Source of the DNA: Candidatus Vampirococcus lugosii
GTDB lineage: Bacteria; Patescibacteriota; Gracilibacteria; Absconditabacterales; Absconditicoccaceae
NCBI RefSeq assembly: GCF_018420025.1
Contig: NZ_JAEDAM010000004.1
Coordinates: forward strand, 1 to 26,332
Length of the DNA: 26,332 nucleotides
Direction: 5' to 3'
The translations under genes and the position numbers were made by a program. Position 1 is the stretch's first letter, and each line of letters begins with the position of its first letter. Under the pieces are notes generated by a model. That model was not told where the DNA came from. It saw nothing but the letters and a program-made list of their open reading frames with translations, and did no database searches. Below, piece after piece: positions 1-10,110 of the stretch.

Positions 1-42
1 TGATATAAAAAAATATTATGATTTATTTAATAGATAAGTTTA

Positions 43-1083
43 ATGAAAAAGAAAAAACTACTATTTGTAATAACTTGATTTAAAAAATGATGAGCTGAAA
101 GACAAATGCTCAATCTTTTAAATTGAATAAAAAATGATTTTGAAATACAAGTTGTATGATTTTTTGATGGATATTATAAAAAAGAGATAGAAAACTTATG
201 AATAAAAGTTCATCTTATAAAACTTAAATCAAATCTATGAATCTTTAAAGCAGTTTATAAAGTAAATAAGATAACCAAAAACTTTAAACCTGATACAATC
301 CAATCAATGCTTCCTCATGCAAATATAGTCTGTAAACTTGTAAATGCTATAAATTTTAATAAATATACTATTTTTACTTGAATAAGAAATTCTAGGGAAC
401 CAAAACTTTTAGAAATACTTGAAAAAATTACTGATAGATCTTCAAATAAGATAATTACAAATTCTATTACAAACAAAAATGCTCTTATAAAAAGATGATT
501 TGAAGATAATAAAATACAAGTAATCTATAATTGAATAAATTTTCAAGAACCAAAAGAAAAATATCATTATGATAAAAAAACTATACTTACAGTTTGAAAA
601 TTTTATCCTCAAAAAGATTATGAAACAAATGTATTAGTAGTAGAAAAACTTTCACAAAAAAGGGGTGATTTTCAATTTTTATATGCATGAGTTTGACCAG
701 AAAAAGAAAAAATAGCAAATTTAGTGAAAGAAAAAAATCTAGATAATTTTATAAAATTTTTATGAGTAAGAGATGATATTCCTGAACTTATGAATAGTGC
801 AGACTTATTTTTCTTACCTACAAAATTTGAATGACAAGCAAATGTAATACTTGAAGCTATGTATTATAATCTCCCTATCTTAACAACAGATATACCTGAA
901 AATACTGAAGTTTGTGAAGCTTTGTTTTGAGAAGTTGGTGATATAAATTTTTTTGCTGAAAAAATAAATGAGTTTTTAGATAATAAAATTGATTTTAAAG
1001 AGAAAATCATTATTAACAAAGAAAGTATACAAAATTTTACTGTTGATAAGATGGTGAATGAATATTTAAAGTTTTATAAGTAA
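43..1083 (+). CDS. Glycosyltransferase family 4 (GT-B fold, Glycos_transf_1-like)
   Basis: ATG at 43 follows in-frame TAA/TAG at 28-33. The frame runs 346 codons to TAA 1081-1083 with TGA=Gly. N-terminus is MKKKKLLFVITGFKKGGAERQMLNLL, where both Gly of GGAE are TGA (88-93). The C-terminal E-x7-E region reads FFLPTKFEGQANVILEAM. Confidence 0.85.
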
Positions 1084-1088
1084 ATAGT

Positions 1089-1904
1089 ATGAAAATAAAA
1101 GACATTTTATATAAATCAGGTATTTTAATACCATTTTATATAAAAAATAATATAATAAGAGTTGTTTTAAGAATAAAATATTCTCCTTTATTTTTAGAAA
1201 AAATAAAAAATTGAAAATTGTATTCCAAAATTTTATCAACAATAAATGTTTGATGATTTTTTAAAACTGTTGCATATAAAAGACATATAATATGAGATAA
1301 AGAAATTGAAAAAATAATTTGAAAAAATAATAAAAAAATAAAATTTGCAGATGTATGATGTTCAGACGGATCAGCAAGTATAAACTTATATGAACATATG
1401 CAAAATAATTTTGAAAAATATGATTTATTTGATTATTATAATTACTTAAAATATATAAACTATTGACCTATAAAATTATTTTTAAATAAAGATAATTATC
1501 TTGTATATTTTCAGTTTTTATTTATATTGATATACATAAACAAAAAAATAAATTGAAAATTAAATAATCAAAAATATATTAAATTTTGGAATCCTGATTT
1601 AAAAAAACATTGACTGAAAATAAATGAATTTAATATTATAACTGATGTATTAGAAATTGAATATGATATAGTTAAATGTGCTAATTTATTACATTTTAAC
1701 TATTTTAAAAAAGAAGATATATTAAATATTGTAAACAATAAAATGTTACAATATGTTAAAAAATGATGATATCTAGTTTTGATTCATAATAATAGTAAAT
1801 ATCAAGATAATGAGGCTGTGCTTATTCTTAGAAAAAATGAAAAATGAGAATTTGAGATATATAAAAATATAAATAATTATGAAATAATTAGTTTGTTTAA
1901 ATAA
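1089..1904 (+). CDS. Class I SAM-dependent methyltransferase-like protein
   Basis: ATG at 1089 lies 5 nt after the previous stop. The 271-codon frame was checked triplet by triplet and has no TAA/TAG. Motif I-like KFADVGCSDGSASI (about 1344-1382) and a later KKGGYLVLIHN strand are present. Family assignment rests on motifs only. Confidence 0.55.
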
Positions 1905-1912
1905 AAAAGATT

Positions 1913-2587
1913 ATGAAAAAAATTATAATAGAGCTTACTTGATTACAAGGATCTTGAAAAACATCAATAATTAATGCTTTAAATCCCAAATATGAAAAAA
2001 ATGTTTTTTATTGTGAAATTTTTAACAAAAATTATAATAATTTGAAAATTTATAAAAAATTTATAATAAGATTATTTTCTATATTGAAAAATATTAAAAT
2101 AAATTGGAAAATATTTAAATTTAGTCTTTCTTTTGAAAAAAGATTAATAGTTTTTAATAAATTATCATATTCTATATATAAAATTAATTATATAAATAAA
2201 TATTATAAATCAAAAATTATTATAACAGATGAATTATTTTTACATTCTATTTTTAGTTCTTTGTTTTTATATGAAAATAAAATAAATAAAACTAAAATTG
2301 AAAAGTTTTTAAAAAACATTATATTAAATAAAATTCAACCTATATATATTGATGTAAAATATGATGAACAAATAATTAACACAAAAAAAAGAAATATCTT
2401 TAAATTATATGACAATTTACAAGATGAAGAAAAAAAAGAATTATTAGTAAAAAAATGAAATTTATCAGAATTTATAACAAATAAATATTGTGAAATTTAT
2501 AATAGACCATTTTTAAAAGTTCCTTCACTATCTTTAAAAGAAAAAATACACAAAGTTGAGGAATATATTGATTTAATAATTAAATAA
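1913..2587 (+). CDS. P-loop NTPase / kinase-fold protein of unknown function
   Basis: The 224-codon frame contains the standard-code ORF 2042-2458 as an internal fragment. N-terminal Walker A is MKKIIIELTGLQGSGKTSIINAL, with two Gly encoded by TGA. The rest is Lys/Ile/Asn-rich with no other recognisable motif. Confidence 0.5.
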
Positions 2588-2594
2588 ATACACT

Positions 2595-3290
2595 ATGAAA
2601 AAAGTTCTAAATTATATAAGACAAATTATGTTTTATATAGATGCAAAAATGTTAAATTATTTTAAATTTAAAAATTGAAGAATAACAGAATTTGAATATA
2701 AATTAAGAAAAAAGTTTTTAAAAAAAATAAATCAGTTTTGAGTCTATGATTTTTATCAAAGTTATCCTCCTTTGATGATAACTTGAGTTAGACCAACAGC
2801 TTCAAGATTTTGAAATTATTGATTAGAAAATTATCTAAGTAAAGAAAAAGAGGTTTTAGATATTTGAGGGAATATAAGTTTTTTTTCAGCTTATACTTCA
2901 AGATTTGTAAAAAATATTGATGTTGTTGAATATGAGTGAAATTTATGTGATATATGAAATGAATTATTAGGATTTGAAAATATACAAAATGTTAAAATCC
3001 ATAATGTTGATTTTAAAAAATATAAAACAGACAAAAAGTATGATGTAGTTTTTTCATTTGCTATACATATGTGGGTATGACTAAGTATTGAAAAATATTT
3101 AGAACAAATTTATAATTTAATGAAAAATAATTGAATTTTAGTTTTAGAAAGTCATACTTTTTATCAAAACAAATCTGATAGTTTAGATAATCATATTAAA
3201 AAATTTGGAAAATTTGATATAATTAAAAAATGAATTAGTGATGATCAATGATGAAATTATAGAGAGTTTTTTATTTTAAGTAAAAAATAA
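2595..3290 (+). CDS. Class I SAM-dependent methyltransferase
   Basis: The 231-codon frame was checked for stops. Motif I is EVLDIGGNISFF (GG = TGA GGG). Motif II/III-like YDVVFSFAIHMWVG and NGILVLESH are present. Confidence 0.75.
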
Positions 3291-3293
3291 TAT

Positions 3294-4421
3294 ATGTTGA
3301 ACATTTTTTATCCTGTTGAAGTTTTTGTAGTAAATTGAAAAAAATATACAAGAAGTGCTTGGGTTGTAAATTGATATTGAAAATACTTCAATAAAGTAAA
3401 TTTTTATGCCAATATATTTTATGTAAATAATATTGATACAAATAAATTTCAAGAAATTGATTCAAATATTGCATTAATTAATTTTTTTGACAAATGAATA
3501 GATTTCAAATCTTTTATTAAAAATATATGATATTATAAAAATAAAATTAAAAAAATAAATGATGATGAACTATTTTTTATATTATATCCTTATAAGTTTA
3601 TTTGATTTTTATTATGATTAATATTAAGAAATAAAAAACTTATAATTAGAGTTGTTAGTGACCCTATCCAACAATTTACAATTCATTGAAATAAATTTCA
3701 AAGATTTATAAGAAAATTATTAAAACCTTTTGTTTATATTATTTATGAATGAATTTCAAGATTTATATTTCAAGATAACTTAATTTTTTATACTGCAAAT
3801 ATAACAACTAATAAAAAAAATCATATAAATCAAATTGAAATAATTTCTTGCTCAAATTTTAATGAAGATAAAGCACTTATAAACAATAAAATAACAAAAA
3901 AAATTTCTTTTGTATGATGAGAGATAAATAGAAAGTGATTAAATGTATTATTGAAAGCATTAAATCATACAAATCATAATGTAGAATTGAATATTATTTG
4001 AATGGATAAACTACAAAGAAAAGAAAATATAAAATTAGCTCAAAATTTGAATATTAAATTTCATGGTAAAATATACAAAAGAGATGTGTTTTATAAAAAA
4101 CTTGCTCAAAGTGATATACTTGTTATGCCAAGTTTTGGAGAAAAACAATGAAAAACTCAACTTGAAGCTATGAGTGTAGGAGTGGTTCCTATATGTGCTG
4201 ATGGAGGTTGAACTTATAGAACAATAGATAATTATTATAATGGTTTATTATTCAAACAACTTGATTGGAAAGCTTTGGCAAAAAATATTGATATGCTATA
4301 TAATAAACCTGAATTGTATGAGGATTTGAAACAAAATGCACTTGAATATATACAAGAATTATCTTTGGAAAAACAAGTAAAGAAGATGAGTAAAACTATA
4401 AATAATTTTTATAATTTATAA
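3294..4421 (+). CDS. Glycosyltransferase family 4
   Basis: The 375-codon frame was checked for stops. The C-terminal GT4 signature is DILVMPSFGEKQGKTQLEAMSVGVVPICADGGG (E-x7-E). It starts 3 nt after the previous stop. Confidence 0.8.
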
Positions 4422-4430
4422 ATAATAAAA

Positions 4431-5300
4431 ATGAATATAATTAAAAAAAATTTTTCAAGGTTATATATGGCTTATGATACAATTTTTAATACAAAAGTAA
4501 TAGAATGATGAAAATTTAATTGGATAAAATTAAAATCTTTATCATATATGCCTATTATTTTACCTTTTTTGAAAGAAAAAATAAATAACTTTCTATCCAG
4601 AAAAGAAAGAAAAAATTATATAATACAAAATAAAGTTGCCAAGTTTTTTCTATACAATAATGATGATACTTTATGAAAAAGCTCACAATATTTTGAACAT
4701 CACTTACAACATTTTTTGGATGATACAGAAAATAAAAAACTTTTTGTAGATATATGAACAAATATTGGTTTTTATACTCTGTATGCAATAAATAAAAAAT
4801 GATTTCAAAAATCTATTTGTTTTGAGGCAAATCCTGATACCTTCAAAGTATTAAATAAAAATATTGAATTAAATAATTTAGATAAAAATGTGGATTTAAA
4901 AAATTTTTGATTATGAGATAAAGAAGATAAATTAACTTTCTTACAAAACAAAACTCATACTTGATGAAGTAAATTTATATCTTCAGAAGAAAAATCAAAT
5001 TACACTTGAGAAAATTACAATATTATAGATGTAAATATTAAAAAGTTTGATGATATTATTAGTAATAAAAATATTGATATAAATGATATTTGATTTATAA
5101 AAATGGATGTAGAATGATTTGAATACAATGTTTTAATATGAATGAAAGAAACTTTAACAAAATTAAATAAATGAACAAAGTTATTTATAGAAATATGGTG
5201 AAAACATCCAAAACTTGAGGAAACAAAAAAGTTTATACAAGATAATTGATTTGTATTAAAAGAGAATATTTGAAGTAATTATTTATATATTAAAAAATAA
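4431..5300 (+). CDS. FkbM-family methyltransferase
   Basis: The 289-codon frame was checked for stops. Motifs are LFVDIGTNIGFYTLYA (SAM-binding motif I) and IGFIKMDVEGFEYNVLIGM (the KxDVEGxE motif typical of FkbM methyltransferases). Confidence 0.8.
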
Positions 5301-5302
5301 TA

Positions 5303-6265
5303 ATGCCAAAACCAAATTTTTTTATAATATGAGAACCTAAATGCTGAACAACTATACTTCATAATTATCTTTCTAATCATAAAGATATTTTTATGTCTAA
5401 AACGAAGGAGCCTCATTATTTTAATACAGACCATCATCAAGAAGCTATTCAGTTAAATTGAGAAGGTAAAACAAAAAATAGTATTTTTAGATATATTAAT
5501 AAAGAAGATTACCTTTCATTATTTGAACAAGCTAATAAAGAACAAAAAATTATTTGAGAATCAAGTACAAATTATGCTTATAGTAAATTAGCAGCAAAAG
5601 AAATATATAATTTTAATCACAATCCTAAATTATTGTTTTGTATTAGAGAACCTTTAAGCTTTTTACAAAGTTGGCATTCTCAAATATATAAAACTTGAAG
5701 TGAATTTATAGAAAATTTTGAAGAAGCTTTAATTTCTGAAAAAGATAGAAAAAAATGAAAAAAAATTTGAAAAAGAACTAAATATTCTTCATTACTTTAT
5801 TACTCAGAATGGATAAAATTTACAGAACACTTACAAAGATACTTAGATTATTTCCCAAAAGAACAAATAAAAGTAGTCATATATGAAGAATTTAAAAAAG
5901 ATAATCAAAAAACTATAGATGAGATTACAGATTTCTTGTGAGTTGATAGAATGAAAATAGATTATAAACAAGCTAATATAACTCCTAAAACAAAATTAAC
6001 AAAATTTTTAAAATCTAAAAACATATTTAGAAGATTTTTTTGAAAAATTTTACCTTTATCTTTTAGAAAAAAATGGTGAATTTTTGTTGATTATATAGAT
6101 TCAAAAATTGATAAAAAAACAAATACATTAAGTCTTGATGCAAAAACAAAACTTATGAAACAATTTAAACCAGAGGTAGAGAAAATAAATGATTTACTTC
6201 ATAAACATAATCTTATAGATCCAGAGATTGATTTAGTAAAATATTGGTGATATGATAAAGTTTAA
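5303..6265 (+). CDS. Sulfotransferase (PAPS-dependent, Sulfotransfer_1-like)
   Basis: The 320-codon frame was checked for stops. The 5'-PSB loop is PNFFIIGEPKCGTTILHNYL. The 3'-PB-like segment is LLFCIREPLSFLQSWHSQ. Confidence 0.8.
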
Positions 6266-6287
6266 ATATTAATATAAATAATACAAT

Positions 6288-7184
6288 ATGGACAAAGTAA
6301 AAGTTATTTATACAGTTTGATACTGACATAGTGGCTCTAGTTTGATTAATGCTATTTTATGATGAGCTAATGATAGTATAGCAGTTTCAGAATTGATAAA
6401 ACTATGACATAGAATAAGAAAATTATGAAATAGTAAAATATTAAGTAATAGATGAAAATGTCAATGATGCAGAGAAAATATTTATAATTGTAAATTATGG
6501 TCTCAAGTATTAAAAGAAGTTCCAAAAGATAATATATATTTTCAAAATGAAAATTTTTTAGATAATTTAAAAATTAGCTTAAATATATTATTTTGATTTC
6601 CAAAAATAAATTTTAATAATTTAGATGATACTAAACTATATAATTCCATTATAAAAAATTCTAATAAAATATATGATAAAAATATAAATACTGTTGTAGA
6701 TTCTTCTAAAGACCCAAGAAGATTAAAATATTTACAAAAAAATCCTAATATAGACTTATATGTAATTTACCTTACAAGGGATCTAAGATGAGTAAGCAAC
6801 TCTATGGAAAAAAGATGAAAAAACTTTTGAAGAACTTATATTATATGGCATATATGGAATATATTATCTTATATAACATATAAAAAACATAATAAAAATA
6901 AAAAAATAATGATAAGTTATGATAAATTTACTCAAAATCCAGATAAATATTTAAAAAGAATAAAAGATAAATTTAATATTGATTTAAATATGGAAGATTA
7001 TCTTGATAATGCTAATAAACAAGAAATACACTATATATGATGAAATAGTATGCAAAAAAAAGATATTACTGAAATCAAATATGACCAATCTTGGAAAAAA
7101 AGAATGCCAAAATGGAAACAATTTATTCTTAATATGATTTGCTATATTCCAAATAAAATTTGGGTTTATAATAAAAAGTTATAA
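6288..7184 (+). CDS. Sulfotransferase-family protein (second, divergent)
   Basis: The 298-codon frame was checked for stops. The P-loop-like PAPS site is VIYTVGYGHSGSSLINAI. A later VDSSKDPRRLKYL...VIYLTRDLRGVSNS resembles the RDPR..S motif of bacterial sulfotransferases. Confidence 0.65.
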
Positions 7185-7195
7185 CTTACTACCCT

Positions 7196-7244
7196 TTCCT
7201 TATCTTTACAACTTCTTTTTAAAGTTTTAGTAAACTTTTATAGT
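7196..7244. repeat. wzx-tail repeat, copy A (decayed relic)
   Basis: Sequence TTCCTTATCTTTACAACTTCTTTTTAAAGTTTTAGTAAACTTTTATAGT has 3 mismatches over 49 nt to copy C (10114-10162). On the minus strand it reads YKSLLKL*KEVVKIRKG*, so the flippase tail is broken by a stop. Confidence 0.85.
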
Positions 7245-7338
7245 CAACTTTCTATCAAGGACTTAATTAAAAATACTTGATTTTTTATCAATATTGTTTA
7301 TAATGTTTTTAATTTAATTAGATAATTACTTATTATTT

Positions 7339-8594
7339 ATGTTAATAAAAAGATTGATTTTTGATGAAATTCAAAAAGTATTGGATACAAACAAAATAAT
7401 AATATTAAGATGACCAAGACAAGTTGGTAAAACCACTATAATGAAAGACTTACAAACAACTTTCAAAAGTCAGAAAACTGTGTTTTTGGATATGGATGAC
7501 CTTGATATAAAAGAAAAGATAAAGACAGCTTGAAACTTGATAAATTATATAAAATTTGAATACTCATATCAAGAAAATGAAGATATTGTTATATTTTTAG
7601 ATGAATTTCAAAATATAGAAAATGCAGGTGTTTTTCTTAAAAATATATATGATAAATATTCAAATATAAAGTTAATTTGTAGTTGATCCTCAAGTTTGGA
7701 AATAACAAAAAATATTGAACATCTTACAGGTAGAAAAATAGTGTTTGACATTACTCCATTTACTTTCAAGGAATATCTAAAAGCAAGAAAATTTAAAAAT
7801 TATAATATAAAGTTTAATATAAATAACTTTAATGAAATAAATGATTTTTATAATATTTATCAAAATGAGCTAGAAAATTTTTTAAAAGAATATCTAACTA
7901 TATGATGATATCCTGAAATTGTTTTGACTACTTGAAACATTAGAAAAAATATAGCAAAAGATATTACAAAACATATATTCAAAAAGATATAACATCATTT
8001 TTACATATAGAGAATATACAAGCTTTTAATAATTTGCTTAAAATAATTTCTTCTCAAATTTGAAGTTTGTTAAACAAATCAGAACTAAATGCTACTTTAT
8101 GAATATCAATAAATACTTTAAAAAAATATCTTAATATACTTGAATGAACTTTCATAATAAACATATTAAATCCTTTTTATAAAAATGTAAGGAAAGAGCT
8201 TAGCAAAATGCCAAAAATTTATTTTAATGATATGTGAATTAGAAATTATTTACTTTACTGAAACCTTGAAGAACTTCCAACTGCTAATATATGAGAATTG
8301 GTAGAGAATTTTGTTTATAATGAATTAAAATTAAAAGATAATAATTGAATAAATTTTTATAGAACTATATCCAAAGCAGAAATAGATTTTATATTTCAAA
8401 AATCATTTGATAAAATTATACCTATGGAAGTAAAGTATAGAAATAAAGTAAATGTCCCTGAAATTATGCAAAATTTTAGTAAAAACTATTCAAGTAAAAT
8501 AGATAAAAAAATAATTATTACAAAGAATAAATTAGAAATAAAAGAAGATGTTTATCTTATACCAGCTTGTTTGGTAAGTTTTATAAACCTTTAG
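7339..8594 (+). pseudogene. AAA+ ATPase with DUF4143 / PD-(D/E)xK-like C-terminal domain, disrupted by a 1-nt frameshift
   Basis: Frame 1 (7339-7992) encodes MLIKRLIFDEIQKVLDTNKIIILRGPRQVGKTT (Walker A), FLDEFQ (Walker B) and TIGGYPEIV, then stops at 7990-7992. Frame 0 continues from about 7971 with YIQKDITSFLHIENIQAFNNLLKIISSQIGSLLN...MPKIYFNDMGIRN...AEIDFIFQ...PMEVKY to TAG 8592-8594. The total of 1256 nt is not a multiple of 3. One extra A in the run at 7968-7971 would restore a 418-aa protein. Confidence 0.8.
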
Positions 8595-8597
8595 CTT

Positions 8598-8641
8598 TTC
8601 CTTATCTTAACAACTTCTTTTTTAAGTTTTAGTAAAGTTTT
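8598..8641. repeat. wzx-tail repeat, copy B (relic)
   Basis: Sequence TTCCTTATCTTAACAACTTCTTTTTTAAGTTTTAGTAAAGTTTT has 2 mismatches over 44 nt to copy C. The minus strand reads KTLLKLKKEVVKIRKS* with no gene body upstream. Confidence 0.85.
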
Positions 8642-8757
8642 TCTTGATTTTATTTTTATTATGTATATAATTTCTCCCATATATGGTAATATAAACCTAC
8701 CTAAAATTCCCAGAATTGGTAAAGACAATATATTTTTTATAATATTATAATATACAA

Positions 8758-10110
8758 ATGGAACTTAAAAGAAATATATATCAAGAATTGACAAACTGGA
8801 GTAAAAAGAAAAATAAAAAGCCTCTTATCTTGAAAGGTGCAAGACAAGTATGAAAATCTTTTGTTATAGAACATTTTGCAAAACATAATAATATAAACAT
8901 ACATAAGATAAACTTTCAATCTCAAAAAGATGCTTTTTATATATTTGATTGAAATCAAGATGCCAATACTATATTAACCAAGATTGAGTATTTTTTAGAT
9001 ACAAGTATAGATATAGACAATGATTTATTATTTTTTGATGAGATACAGGAATATCCTAAAGCTATAAATTCACTTAAATTTTTACAAGAAGAAAAACCAG
9101 AACTTAAAGTTATAGCAGCTTGAAGTTATCTTTGAATTATGAAAAATCAAGAATCTTTCCCGGTATGAAAAGTTGAATATCTTTCTATGTTTCCACTTAC
9201 TTTTGAAGAATTTTTACAAGCAATCGATAAAAAACTTTATGATTTTTATAATACTATAGATGTGGATAATATGAAAGTTATAGATACTTTTTTTCATCAA
9301 AAATTGCTTGATAAGTTTTATTTGTATTTGGCTATATGATGAATGCCTGAAGTTGTTTTGTCTTTTATAGAACATGTAAAAGATAATTCTTTATATGAAA
9401 CTTTAAATATAGTTAGAAAAAAACAAGAACAGCTTCTTGAATCATATAAATCAGATTTTTCTAAGCATGCATGAATAGTAAATTCAAGTCATATACTAAA
9501 TGTTTTTGAAGCAATTTCTATACAATTATCAAAAGCAGATTATGAAGAAACCAACAAGTTTAAATTTACTTGAGTTATACCAAATCAAAAAGGTTATGAT
9601 AGGATAGTATGACCACTTACTTGGTTATCAAAAGCAAGACTTGCTATACAAAGTTTTATCATATCAGATACTAAACAACCTTTAAAGGCAGAAGTTCAAA
9701 AAAATAAGTTTAAAGTATTTATGCATGATATATGACTTTTAAATGCTGAATTATCTACTCCTATACATTCATTATTAAATATAAAAAGTTCTTTATGATC
9801 ATATAAATGATATATTATAGAAAATTTTATAGCTTGTGAATTATTTTCAATTACTGATAAACATCTATTTACCTGGACTAGATGAAAATCAGAGATAGAG
9901 TTTATATTTGAGAAAAAAACACATCTAATACCCATAGAAGCTAAATCATCAGATAAATCAAGGAAAGCTAAAAGTTTACTCTCTTTTATAAAAAGATATA
10001 ATCCTACATATGCATATAAGTTTACAGCACAAAACTATTGAAATAAAAATTGATTTGAAACTATTCCTTTATATTTAATTTGAAAAATATTTAAAGAAAG
10101 AAAGTATTAA
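8758..10110 (+). CDS. AAA+ ATPase with DUF4143 / PD-(D/E)xK-like C-terminal domain (intact paralogue)
   Basis: The frame has 450 codons. Motifs are PLILKGARQVGKSF (Walker A, Gly=TGA), LLFFDEIQ (Walker B), LAIGGMPEVV, FMHDIGLLN and SEIEFIFEK...IPIEAKS (nuclease-like E-x-E/D...E-x-K). It matches the 7339-8594 gene only at family motifs. Confidence 0.85.

Noticed and set aside
1-30. Possible 3' end of an upstream plus-strand gene (...GYKKILGFI*)
   Set aside because: Only nine codons are visible, which is too little to support a feature call.
1913-2587. Calling the P-loop protein adenylyl-sulfate kinase (cysC)
   Set aside because: Only the Walker A loop resembles CysC. The rest of the sequence shows none of the expected motifs, so the assignment would be over-interpretation.
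7211-7227. Small hairpin AACTT-N7-AAGTT inside the wzx-tail repeat as a transcription terminator
   Set aside because: The stem is only 5 bp and all A/T/C-G poor, and there is no convincing U-tract context on either strand. The coding-tail explanation accounts for the conservation better, though a dual role is not excluded.
7944-7992. Programmed -1 ribosomal frameshift in the first ATPase gene
   Set aside because: There is no canonical X XXY YYZ slippery heptamer and no obvious downstream stimulatory structure. A one-base loss in an A-run is the simpler explanation, though it is not formally excluded.
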